Below, in pieces: positions 53,607-62,519 of a DNA stretch of 64,000 nt. This stretch comes from an uncultured Actinomycetes bacterium (GTDB lineage Bacteria; Actinomycetota; Acidimicrobiia; IMCC26256; PALSA-610), in the NCBI GenBank assembly GCA_963706745.1, contig CAVPMX010000004.1, positions 1,112,375-1,176,374 of the forward strand, read 5' to 3'. The position numbers and the translations under genes were made by a program. Every line of letters starts with the position of its first letter. Within the stretch, counting starts at the first letter, position 1. The notes under the pieces are model-generated. The model had not been told where the DNA came from. It worked only from the letters and a program-made list of their open reading frames with translations, and searched no databases.

Positions 53607-56459
53607 ATGGGCATCGCAGGCCGCACCACCGACGCTTTCAGGGGATCCGAGGATCAGTACCGGACCCGGTGGTCGTGGGACAGCGTCACGTGGGGCACCC
53701 ACTGCGTCGACTGCTACCCGGGGAACTGCCCGTACAAGGTCTTCGTGCGCGACGGCAAGGTCGTGCGCGAAGAGGTGGCAGGCAGCCACCGCACCATCGA
53801 GGAAGGCGTCCCCGACTTCAACCCGATGGGGTGCAACAAGGGCGCCTCGTGGAGCCAGAGCCTCTACGACGGTGACCGCCTCGTCTACCCGCTCAAGCGC
53901 GCAGGCGAGCGCGGCGAAGGCAAGTGGGAGCGCATCACCTGGGACGATGCCTGCACGATCATCGCCGACGCGATGCTCGATGTGATCGAGGCGGGTGGCC
54001 CCGAGGACATCGCCCACGAGGGCACCCCAGAAGTCGCGACGGTGATGCCGACGGGCCGCTTCTTCGGTGCGATCGGCGGCCGCTCGATGGATCTGCACGC
54101 GTCGTTCAACGACTTCTCGATCGGCCTGCACGAGACGTACGGCAAGTTCTGCCCGGTCTCCTCGGGCGACGACTGGTTCAAGTCGGAACTCATCCTCATC
54201 TGGCACATGAACCCCGCCTTCACCCGCATCCCCCTCTACCACTTCATGCTCGAAGCCCGATACCACGGCGCCGAAGTCGTCTCCATCTCCCCCGACCTCA
54301 ACGCATCACACATGCACGCCGACTACCACGTCCCCGTCCCATCGGGCAACGACGTCCCCTTCGGCCTCGCAATGGTCCAAGTCATCCTCGAAGAAGGACT
54401 CGAGGACAAGACCTTCATCCGCGAGCAGACCGACCTCCCGTGCCTCGTGCGCACCGACAACAACCGGTACCTACGCCAGACCGACCTCGAAGGCGACGGC
54501 CGCGAAGACCAGCTCTACCACTGGGACCCCACCACCGGCGCCCCCACGAAAGCCGACCGCGGCAACCTCCTCCTCCACGGACGCGAGATCGCCCTCGAAG
54601 GCACCTACAACGTCACACTCCACGACGGCACCAAGGTCGAGGTCGAACCCGTCCTCGCACGCCTACGTCGCATGCTCGACGAGCAGTACACCCCCGAGAC
54701 CCAACAGGCCACCACCAACATCCACCCCGACCTCGTGCGCACCATCGCCCGCAAAGCCGCCACCAAGAAGACCAACATCATGTTGGGCTGGAACTCCTGC
54801 AAGTACTACCACGGCGACCTAATCGAACGAACCATGTGCCTCCTCCTCGCCGTCACCGGCAACTGGGGCAAGTTCGGCACCGGCATCCGCTCCTGGACCG
54901 CCGGCACGATGGACGGCTCCGGGATGCTCTCGATGAAGAGCGGGCCCGGAGTGGAGGCCACCGAGCAGGTCATCGCTGCCCGCGACGGCGCCATCGCGAT
55001 GATTCAGGCGGCCGACCCGTCGGTCACCTCCGAGGAGCTCGCAGCCAAGGAGCTCCAGTGGCGCATGCGCGAGGCGGGAGGCCGCGCAGGGATGATGGCC
55101 GGTGCCAGTGCCGCGAAAGACGGCAAGGGGCACCGAGGGCGCCACGACAGGTTCAATGTGGAGGCGTTCTGGTGGTACTGGCAGGCCGGCTACAAGGAGC
55201 GGTGGAACAAGAAGGACTGGGGCGACAACACACTCCCCCGCAGCTTCGACGAGTACTTCGACGAGGCCCTCGCGTCCGGGTGGTGGGACGGCGTGGCTGG
55301 GCCGACGCCCGAGTACCCGCCCAGGATGCTGATCGAGTGCGGCGGCAACATGCTGCGCCGCACCCGCGGCGGCAAGACCGCTCTCCTCGACACGCTCTGG
55401 CCGAAGCTGAACCTGATCGTCTCGATCGACTTCCGCATCAACGCAACCGGGCTCTGGTCAGACATCCTGCTGCCCGCAGCCCAGCACTACGAGAAGCTCG
55501 CCTACCACATCCCCACCCCGCACCAGATGATGATGACCTTCTCCGACAAGGCCGCCGAGCCCGCCGGAGAGGCCCTGCCCGAATGGGAGATCTACCAGCG
55601 CATCCTCAAGAAGTTCTCCGAGCGCGCCAAGGCCCGCGGCATCGAGACCTACAAGGGCCGTGACGGCACGGAGTACAACACGCAGGATGCCTGGGAGCGC
55701 TACACGCTGGGCGGGAACATCGTCACCGAGGAGCAGATGGCCGACGAGATCGCCCGCGACGCGGCGTACATCGGCGTCATCCCCGGCGACACGACCCTGC
55801 AGACGATGCGCGAGAAGGGCCATGTGCGCATCACAGGCTGGGGGATGTCGTTCTTCAGCCTCGCGCAGGCATCACCCGTCGAGAAGGAGCGCACACACAC
55901 CCCGTTCCGCAACCACATCGAGATCGGCGACCCGTACCCCACCTACTCGCGGCGCGCCCAGTTCTACATCGACCACCCGTGGTGGCTCGAGGCCGGCGAA
56001 GAGCTACCCGTCCACAAGCCGAACCCGAAAGCCGGAGGCGACCACCCCCTACGCATGACCTCCGGGCACAACCGCTGGTCGATCCACTCGATGAACATGG
56101 CGAACCCGGTCCTGCTCCAGACCCACCGCGGCGAACCCGCCGTCGAGATCAACCCCGACGACGCCGCAGCCCGCGGAGTGGCCGACGACGACCCGATCCG
56201 CATCTGGAACGACATCTCGTCGTTCGTCTGCCGGGCGAAGATCGTCCAAGGCGTCATGCCCGGCCAGATCATCTCCTACAACGGATGGGACCCGCACCAG
56301 TACCAGGACAACATGGGAGCCAACGAGATCGAGGCCGGCATGGTCAAGTGGATCGCCTTCGCCGGCGGCTACGGCCACATCAACTACACGATGGCCGAGT
56401 GGCAGCCGATCCCCACCGACCGCGGCGTCCCCTGCAACTTCGAGAAGGTCACCACGTAA
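53607..56459 (+). CDS. DMSO reductase family type II molybdoenzyme alpha subunit (EbdA/S25dA-like), copy 2, intact 950 aa
   Basis: Same motifs as copy 1; no twin-arginine leader visible. Confidence 0.88.
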   Translation: MGIAGRTTDAFRGSEDQYRTRWSWDSVTWGTHCVDCYPGNCPYKVFVRDGKVVREEVAGSHRTIEEGVPDFNPMGCNKGASWSQSLYDGDRLVYPLKRAGERGEGKWERITWDDACTIIADAMLDVIEAGGPEDIAHEGTPEVATVMPTGRFFGAIGGRSMDLHASFNDFSIGLHETYGKFCPVSSGDDWFKSELILIWHMNPAFTRIPLYHFMLEARYHGAEVVSISPDLNASHMHADYHVPVPSGNDVPFGLAMVQVILEEGLEDKTFIREQTDLPCLVRTDNNRYLRQTDLEGDGREDQLYHWDPTTGAPTKADRGNLLLHGREIALEGTYNVTLHDGTKVEVEPVLARLRRMLDEQYTPETQQATTNIHPDLVRTIARKAATKKTNIMLGWNSCKYYHGDLIERTMCLLLAVTGNWGKFGTGIRSWTAGTMDGSGMLSMKSGPGVEATEQVIAARDGAIAMIQAADPSVTSEELAAKELQWRMREAGGRAGMMAGASAAKDGKGHRGRHDRFNVEAFWWYWQAGYKERWNKKDWGDNTLPRSFDEYFDEALASGWWDGVAGPTPEYPPRMLIECGGNMLRRTRGGKTALLDTLWPKLNLIVSIDFRINATGLWSDILLPAAQHYEKLAYHIPTPHQMMMTFSDKAAEPAGEALPEWEIYQRILKKFSERAKARGIETYKGRDGTEYNTQDAWERYTLGGNIVTEEQMADEIARDAAYIGVIPGDTTLQTMREKGHVRITGWGMSFFSLAQASPVEKERTHTPFRNHIEIGDPYPTYSRRAQFYIDHPWWLEAGEELPVHKPNPKAGGDHPLRMTSGHNRWSIHSMNMANPVLLQTHRGEPAVEINPDDAAARGVADDDPIRIWNDISSFVCRAKIVQGVMPGQIISYNGWDPHQYQDNMGANEIEAGMVKWIAFAGGYGHINYTMAEWQPIPTDRGVPCNFEKVTT

Positions 56460-56467
56460 CCCCCCCT

Positions 56468-56518
56468 CGTTCTTGCGTCACTTACTCGCAACTATCGCGA
56501 GTAAGTGACGCAAGAACG
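56468..56518. repeat. REP-like palindrome copy 4
   Basis: Core identical to copy 3; 8 nt after the TAA stop, between convergent genes. Confidence 0.9.
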
Positions 56519-56529
56519 GGTCAGGCGGG

Positions 56530-56967
56530 TCAGTGGGAGCGCAGCCTGACGGCGACCGCCGCCACGGCCACCACGCCCCAGGCGATCGCGAGCACTGTCA
56601 GGGTCGCGGTGCCGTAGTCGAGTGGTTGGATGGTGGGATTCCGAGCACGCGCGGCGGTGTTGCGCAGCGGCGCTGCGGCGACGATCAGGACCACGCCGCT
56701 CGCGATCAACGCCGCCTGGAGAGCGGGCCGCACCCGCCGCGGCGCCACACGCTCGACGACCACCCCGACGAGCACGAGCAGCGGGACGAACAGCAGGTCG
56801 TGCAGGAGCGCGGCACCCGCGAGAAAGATCGCGAAGTTGCCGCGGCGGGCCAGGTCGGGGGTCGCGTCGAAAAAGAGCCTGCCACCCCAGGCCATGAGCG
56901 ACCCTCCGACCGCAGCGCAGACCCAGAAACGAGCTCCGTGCTCGCTCTGCCCACCCTCGCTCTTCAC
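56530..56967 (-). CDS. Hypothetical membrane protein (~4 TM)
   Basis: LLHDLLFVP, NPTIQPLDY; GTG overlaps the upstream stop. Confidence 0.7.
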   Translation of the reverse strand: MKSEGGQSEHGARFWVCAAVGGSLMAWGGRLFFDATPDLARRGNFAIFLAGAALLHDLLFVPLLVLVGVVVERVAPRRVRPALQAALIASGVVLIVAAAPLRNTAARARNPTIQPLDYGTATLTVLAIAWGVVAVAAVAVRLRSH

Positions 56968-58118
56968 GCGGTCACCTCCACTCGCGTCACCCACTTGGTC
57001 TGATGCACACCGGGACGGTTCGGGCCGATCAGCCTCACCGGGAATCCGTGATCCGCAGCGAGCACCTCGCCGTTCACCCTCAGTGCGAGGAGGGTTCCAC
57101 GATCGCGCGCCTGGCCGGCATTGACAGGCGACGTCCTCTGCCGCGGATTGTCGTGCATCGCGTACACGATCGCCTCGGAGCCTCTGTCGGCTCCCGCAAG
57201 ATCGAACAGGTCGCGCAGCGGGACTCCGGTCCAGCGTTGTGAGGTGCTCCATCCCTCGACGCACGCGATCGGGAGCGTCTCGGTCCTCTGCGGCAGCGCC
57301 TCCAGATCCGCGTACGTGAGCTCCAGGGGCTGCGTCACACCCGGGCCGTCGACGTGCAGCCGCCACGTCGCCAAGTCGACATCGTCGAGGCCGACAGAGC
57401 CGGCAGTCCGGTTGACGGGGAAGCCCTGAGGGCCGACGTCGGGGCGCCGGGGCGCGAGCAGCGCGATCTTGCGGAGCGGCTCGAACGCCTGGCCGACGGT
57501 GACGAGTGCCAGGAGCCCAGCGGAACCGAAGACGGTAGCCAGAAACCCCCGGCGGTCGAGGCCACCGTCGCTCGACGAGCCGGTCTGCTCATCGACCGTC
57601 TGACCGACTGCCGCCCGGATCGCCGTCCACTTCGCTCCCACGTGAACGACCATCCCTCCGATCACGATCCACGCCGCGGCGTAGTGACCGCTTCGGAACG
57701 AGAACGTCCAGGGCCGCCACAAGTTCACGTTCGCGAGCCCGGTGAACAGGAGCAGGATCCCACCGCCGACGAGCGGCAGCAGGGCCAGTCGTTCGACCGC
57801 GTGCGCGATCGAGCGCACCGGCGGCCACTCGAACAGGTTCGGGTATACCGCCCACATCTTGGCCAGGAGCAACGGAATCGACGCGATCCCCATCGTCACG
57901 TGCAGACCCTGTGTGAACCGGTAGAGACCTGCAGGGCGCGCCGGCCAGGAGAACCAGCCGGGCGGATTCTGCGAGACGTGTGAGAGCACTCCCGTTGCGA
58001 AGCACACCGTGAAGGCGACTCCGAGTGCGACTCCGAGAACAGCGGCCACCCGCTCGTCGTGCAGGACACTGCGGAACTCGGGGCGCGTCGATGCGATCCG
58101 TCGGAGACGACTGCTCAT
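56964..58118 (-). CDS. Membrane-anchored sulfite-oxidase-family (MsrP-like) molybdopterin oxidoreductase
   Basis: N-terminal TM segments with His, then LPIACVEGWS, WTGVPL, DHGFPVRLI, TKWV. Confidence 0.85.
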   Translation of the reverse strand: MSSRLRRIASTRPEFRSVLHDERVAAVLGVALGVAFTVCFATGVLSHVSQNPPGWFSWPARPAGLYRFTQGLHVTMGIASIPLLLAKMWAVYPNLFEWPPVRSIAHAVERLALLPLVGGGILLLFTGLANVNLWRPWTFSFRSGHYAAAWIVIGGMVVHVGAKWTAIRAAVGQTVDEQTGSSSDGGLDRRGFLATVFGSAGLLALVTVGQAFEPLRKIALLAPRRPDVGPQGFPVNRTAGSVGLDDVDLATWRLHVDGPGVTQPLELTYADLEALPQRTETLPIACVEGWSTSQRWTGVPLRDLFDLAGADRGSEAIVYAMHDNPRQRTSPVNAGQARDRGTLLALRVNGEVLAADHGFPVRLIGPNRPGVHQTKWVTRVEVTA

Positions 58119-58717
58119 CGGCGCACCGCTTCGAGTCGGGCGAACCAACGATCTCCACAGCTCCACTGCTCGCAGCACTCGAAGCCCGCTGACGCCGAGA
58201 CGCCGTCGAGGTCGTCGGCCGCGACCGAGGTCCAGGGGAACCACGGTCCCGCGTCACCGTCGACGATCACCCGCGCCCGGTCGTCGAACCCTGCCGACCC
58301 GGGCGCCTCGGTCTCCACGAGTACTCGCCCACCCGGAGCGAGAAGACGCCGCACGCGCTGGAGCAGCACGACCGGATCCCCGCCGATTCCGAGATTGCCG
58401 TCGAGTAGCAGCGCTGTCTCCCACCTTCCCGCTCCGGGGATGCGATCGAAGACCGAGCGTTGGAGCACGGTCGCTCCGCGCTCGCGCGCCACACGAAGCG
58501 CCGACGGCGTGATGTCGATCCCCAGGGCCACGAATCCGCGCTCCGACAGGGCGAGCGTGTGGCGAGCCGGCCCGCAGCCGATGTCGAGCACCGCGGGAAC
58601 GGCGTGTGCCAGAACGGTGTGGTCGGCCTCACCGAGCGGACCGGTCCAGCGACAGATCGAGGCTGATTCCCGCCGTTCGAGCTGAAGGCTCCCGCGCACC
58701 ACATCCTCACTCGGCAC
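58115..58717 (-). CDS. Class I SAM-dependent methyltransferase
   Basis: VLDIGCGPARH, LGIDIT, LLDGNLGIGGDP; start approximate. Confidence 0.85.
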   Translation of the reverse strand: MPSEDVVRGSLQLERRESASICRWTGPLGEADHTVLAHAVPAVLDIGCGPARHTLALSERGFVALGIDITPSALRVARERGATVLQRSVFDRIPGAGRWETALLLDGNLGIGGDPVVLLQRVRRLLAPGGRVLVETEAPGSAGFDDRARVIVDGDAGPWFPWTSVAADDLDGVSASAGFECCEQWSCGDRWFARLEAVRR

Positions 58718-59366
58718 GGTTCGCCACCTCCACGGGTAGACACGATGCGATGCGAGCGACCTCCGCCGCGAATCGCGTTCCAGGCACCTCACGCGCGACA
58801 GCGAGTGCATCTCGCCACTCGTCCACGTCGAGGAGCGGCTCGAGCACACCGACTACGCCGGCGCGCTCCCTGAGGCGCTCGAGCTGCAGCATGCCGGTGG
58901 ATCTGGTGCTCATCGGCACGCCGAGGAAGAGCAGCGGGTCGCTCCGCCTGACACCGACGGCCCAGAACCCCCCGTCGTCGGCCGGTCCGAAGACTGCGGC
59001 GCAGCCGCTCTCGAGCAGGCCGAGCGCCCGCACGAGCTCGTCGCTGCCGATCTGCGGAGTATCCATGCCGACGAGGACGGCTGGTCCCCCGACGTCATCG
59101 AATGCCGCTGCGAGACGCTCGTCGAGCCCGACACCCCGCTGGCCGATCACCTCGACCGGGTAGCCGTCGAGCCATTCACCCGCGGGACCGTCGAGAGCGA
59201 GCACGTGTCGCCGCGCCGGCGTTGCGACGACGGCGTCAAGCGTGTCGAGGAGCGCTCCGAGGGCGATGCGAGCAGCCTCTGCCGGCGTGCACGGAGGGCA
59301 GAGTCGCGTCTTGACGCGCCCGGGCTCGGGCGACTTGGCCATCACGATCAACGCGGCCTCACTCAT
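58707..59366 (-). CDS. DUF2064/TIGR04282-type glycosyltransferase-fold protein
   Basis: IVMAKSPEPGRVKTRL, QRGVGLDERL, GMDTPQ, GPADDGGFW, DVD. Confidence 0.88.
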   Translation of the reverse strand: MSEAALIVMAKSPEPGRVKTRLCPPCTPAEAARIALGALLDTLDAVVATPARRHVLALDGPAGEWLDGYPVEVIGQRGVGLDERLAAAFDDVGGPAVLVGMDTPQIGSDELVRALGLLESGCAAVFGPADDGGFWAVGVRRSDPLLFLGVPMSTRSTGMLQLERLRERAGVVGVLEPLLDVDEWRDALAVAREVPGTRFAAEVARIASCLPVEVANRAE

Positions 59367-59552
59367 GTCTCCCGCTCCTGGCCCTGCGGGCCGGGCCGCT
59401 CGGGCCACGCTCCGCCACGCGAGGTGGCGGCCATCGTGCGCAGGGCGGCCTCACTCATGTCTCCCGCTCCTGGCCCTGCGGGCCGGGCCGCTCGGGCCAC
59501 GCTCCGCCGCGCGAGGTGGCGGCCATCGTGCGCAGGGCGGCCTCACTCATGT
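59353..59552 (-). repeat. MIRU-like 92-bp tandem repeat (2 units + 16 bp), each unit encoding a 31-aa ORF
   Basis: gcggcctcactcatgt at 59353, 59445 and 59537; minus-strand ATGs at 59550, 59458 and 59366 linked by ATGA overlaps. Confidence 0.88.
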
Positions 59553-59568
59553 TGCTCGCTCGCGGGGC

Positions 59569-60234
59569 TCATCGCCTGGCCGAGCGCGAACGGTCGAGGG
59601 AGACGCGAGCCATGTCGCGACACGTGCGAGCGGTTCCCAGCAGCGTCCCGGTGACCTTCGACTGCCCCACGCGCGGACGATAGGAGACCTCGACCTCGTC
59701 GACCCTCCACCCGGCCGTCGATGCGGCCAACACCATCTCCAGCGGCCAGCCGAAGCCGCGATCGACGAGCCCCAGTGCCACCAGGGCTTCGCGCCGCGCC
59801 GCGCGCATCGGCCCGAGATCCCTGAGAGGAAGCCCCGTCCAACGTCGCAGTGCCAGTGCGATCACTGCGTTGGCCGCACGCGCGTGCACCGGCCACGCTC
59901 CATCCGTCGGCCTCCGGGCACCAAGCACCAGATCGGCTCTGCCCTCCGTGACCGGGTCCGCCACCCTGGGCAGCTCGCGTCCGTCGAACGACGCGTCGCA
60001 GTCCATGAAGCAGACGACGCTCGCCCTCGCCGCGCAGAGACCCGCCCAGCAGGCGGCTCCGAAGCCGCGCTTCGCCTCATAGACGACCTCGGCGCCCAGA
60101 GAGCGTGCGATGTCGCCGGAGCCGTCGGACGAGCCGTTGTCGACGACGATCGGCGCGTATCCCTCCGGCAGCGATTCGAGCACCCCGGGCAGGGCACCGG
60201 CCTCGTCGAGCACGGGGAGGATCACGTCGGGCAT
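59569..60234 (-). CDS. Glycosyltransferase family 2 (polyprenol-phosphate glycosyltransferase-like)
   Basis: VILPVLDEA, VVDNGSSDG, FMDCDAS, DLVLGAR, SKVTGT. Confidence 0.9.
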   Translation of the reverse strand: MPDVILPVLDEAGALPGVLESLPEGYAPIVVDNGSSDGSGDIARSLGAEVVYEAKRGFGAACWAGLCAARASVVCFMDCDASFDGRELPRVADPVTEGRADLVLGARRPTDGAWPVHARAANAVIALALRRWTGLPLRDLGPMRAARREALVALGLVDRGFGWPLEMVLAASTAGWRVDEVEVSYRPRVGQSKVTGTLLGTARTCRDMARVSLDRSRSARR

Positions 60235-60414
60235 GGGTGCATCCAATCAGATGTGAGCCCGCTTCGGCAGGGTGCAGCCCTTACGGTTCGCGAAACTCCG
60301 TGTCGTCTCTCCGCGCGGGCCGACCTGTCGCCGGTACCCTGCCGACGTGACCACGAGGCACCGGACGAGGCTCTCGGCGAGGCTCTCAGCGATACGCACG
60401 ACGACGATCTCGAG

Positions 60415-61809
60415 ATGACTCGCACACCCCCGGCATCTGCGCCGAAGGCCCCGGAGATACCCTGCTTCTCGGAGGGTCGCACGCCGGATCCGCCCGTGCG
60501 CAGAGCGCGGCGGTCGGGCGGCGAGCGTGCCGGCCTCGTCGCTGTCGGGGTGGCCGCTCTGCTGCTGTTCCTGGTCAACCGATGGGGCACACACCTCCTC
60601 GAGCGCGGCGCCGACCTACGCATACTCGCCCCGCCCCTGGTCGGTCGGTACCGCTGGACGATCGACGCGCCGATCCATGCCGCGGCATCACTCATCGTCG
60701 TCGTGGGCGTGCTCATCGTGAGGTTCGGGCCGCGTGTCAGTGCCGCGATCCGGTGGCGGCGTCTGCTCGTGCTCAGCGCGCTCACGACCGCGCTGTGGGC
60801 CGTCGCTCTGGCAGCGATAGACGGCTCGGCGGCCCTGGCACGGCCGATGAGCCTCCCGGGGCACTCGCTCCTCGACGTCGCATCGATAACCGACCCGTTC
60901 GACTTCCTCAGGAGCTTCACCGATCGGATCGACCTCTACGGCACGCACACGCGATCACACCCGCCCGGCTTCGTCCTCCTTCTCTGGGGGATCGACCGAA
61001 TCGGACTCGGCGGGCAGGGATGGGCTGCAACGCTCGTGATCGTCGCCGGCGCACTCGCCACACCGTCGGTGCTCGTGGCGACACGCGAGGTCGCGGGAGA
61101 GGCGACGGCGCGCGCAGTCGCTCCCTTCGTCGCGCTGACGCCCGCCGCGCTCTACGTCGCCACAACGTCCGACGCCTTCTTCACCGGGGTGGGTGCGGCC
61201 GCGGTGGCATTCGTCGTGGTGTCGACCGGCTCGTCCGGGCGACGCGGAGACGTGCTCGCTGCCACCGGGGGTCTGCTCTTCGGCGCGACGGCGATGCTCT
61301 CCTACGGGCTGGTGCTGCTCTGCATCGTCCCGCTCTCGGTCGCGATCGCGCGGCGCCGAGCGCGCCCGATCATGGTCGCCGCGGCTGCCGGTGCCGCCGT
61401 GATCATCGCCGTCGGGCTCGCGGGGTTCTCCTGGATCGACGGGCTCACTGCCACGCGTGAGCAGTACCTCGCAAGCGTCGCCAGCGTGCGCCCGTACGGC
61501 TACTTCCTCATTGCCAACCTGGCGACGTTCGCCGTGATCGTCGGTCCCGCCACGATCGCAGGTGCCGTGCGGCTCCGCGACCGAGGCGTGTGGCTCCTCG
61601 CGGGGAGCGCGCTCGCCGCGGTAGTCGTCGCAGACCTGAGCGGCATGTCGAAGGGTGAGGTGGAGCGGATCTGGTTGCCGTTCGCGTTCTGGGTCACCCC
61701 CGCCGCGGCAGCCCTCGCCGTCGGCTCCCCGGCGTCGCGACGCGCCTGGCTCGCCGGTCAGGCCGCCTTCGCCGCCGGCATCCAGCTGGCTGTACGGACC
61801 CACTGGTGA
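60415..61809 (+). CDS. Multi-pass membrane protein, probable GT-C fold glycosyltransferase
   Basis: ~10 TM segments; HTRSHPPG loop; SKGEVERIWLPF; start approximate. Confidence 0.65.
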   Translation: MTRTPPASAPKAPEIPCFSEGRTPDPPVRRARRSGGERAGLVAVGVAALLLFLVNRWGTHLLERGADLRILAPPLVGRYRWTIDAPIHAAASLIVVVGVLIVRFGPRVSAAIRWRRLLVLSALTTALWAVALAAIDGSAALARPMSLPGHSLLDVASITDPFDFLRSFTDRIDLYGTHTRSHPPGFVLLLWGIDRIGLGGQGWAATLVIVAGALATPSVLVATREVAGEATARAVAPFVALTPAALYVATTSDAFFTGVGAAAVAFVVVSTGSSGRRGDVLAATGGLLFGATAMLSYGLVLLCIVPLSVAIARRRARPIMVAAAAGAAVIIAVGLAGFSWIDGLTATREQYLASVASVRPYGYFLIANLATFAVIVGPATIAGAVRLRDRGVWLLAGSALAAVVVADLSGMSKGEVERIWLPFAFWVTPAAAALAVGSPASRRAWLAGQAAFAAGIQLAVRTHW

Positions 61810-62519
61810 GCTCGGTGACGTCTCCCCTGCCGCACCCCGCCAGGGTCCTCCTGGTCGACGACGACGCCACGGTCGCCGAGGTGGTCGTGCGCTATCTAGA
61901 GGCGAACGGCATGGCGGTCACCTGGGTCTCCGACGGTGCGCTCGCGGTCGACACGGCGCTCGACCTCCTTCCCGATCTGCTCATCCTCGACCTCATGCTT
62001 CCGAACGTCGACGGCCTGGATGTGTTCCGGCGCGTCCGCGCAGTCGCACCGCTCCCGGTCATCATGCTGACCGCCCGAGGGGGCGAGGTCGACCGCATCC
62101 TCGGCCTGGAGCTCGGCGCCGACGACTACGTCGCCAAGCCCTTCTCGCCGCGGGAGCTGATGGCCCGAGTGAACGCGGTGCTCCGCCGAGCGCGCGAACC
62201 GCTACCGGTCGACAAACCCGCCTCGCTCTTGGAGTCGGGAGATCTCATCGTCGACACCGCTGCGCGCCAGGCTCACCTGCGCGACGAGGCACTGCTGCTC
62301 ACTGCGCGCGAGTTCGACCTCCTGGTCCATCTCATGCGGCATCCCCGGAGGGCGTTTCGACGCGAGGAGCTTCTGGAGCAGGTCTGGGGGTACACATACG
62401 GCGACTCGTCGACGGTCACCGTGCACGTTCGTCGCCTGCGCGAGAAGATCGAGGACGACCCTTCGCGCCCCGAGCGCGTGACAACGGTATGGGGGGTGGG
62501 CTACAGGTGGGACGGATGA
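61806..62519 (+). CDS. OmpR-family response regulator
   Basis: VDDD, LDLMLP, MLTA, GADDYVAKPFS, VHVRRLREKIE, VWGVGY. Confidence 0.95.
   Translation: MSSVTSPLPHPARVLLVDDDATVAEVVVRYLEANGMAVTWVSDGALAVDTALDLLPDLLILDLMLPNVDGLDVFRRVRAVAPLPVIMLTARGGEVDRILGLELGADDYVAKPFSPRELMARVNAVLRRAREPLPVDKPASLLESGDLIVDTAARQAHLRDEALLLTAREFDLLVHLMRHPRRAFRREELLEQVWGYTYGDSSTVTVHVRRLREKIEDDPSRPERVTTVWGVGYRWDG

Larger units (their letters stand above)
50460..56468 (+). repeat. Tandem duplication of a ~3.0-kb cassette (50460-53459 and 53460-56468)
   Basis: Offset of exactly 3000 bp over the first ~1.45 kb; includes the upstream region and the whole gene. Confidence 0.93.

Noticed and set aside
50607-56459. Respiratory nitrate reductase narG
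   Set aside because: Too short (~950 aa), FS0 spacing and surrounding motifs fit the EbdA/S25dA type better, and there is no narHJI.
50607-56459. Diversity-generating retroelement VR/TR pair
   Set aside because: Differences are not adenine-specific, include indels, and no reverse transcriptase is present.
50454-56518. Integron with attC sites
   Set aside because: The stems are near-perfect without the extrahelical bases typical of attC, no integrase is present, and the cassettes carry their own upstream regions.
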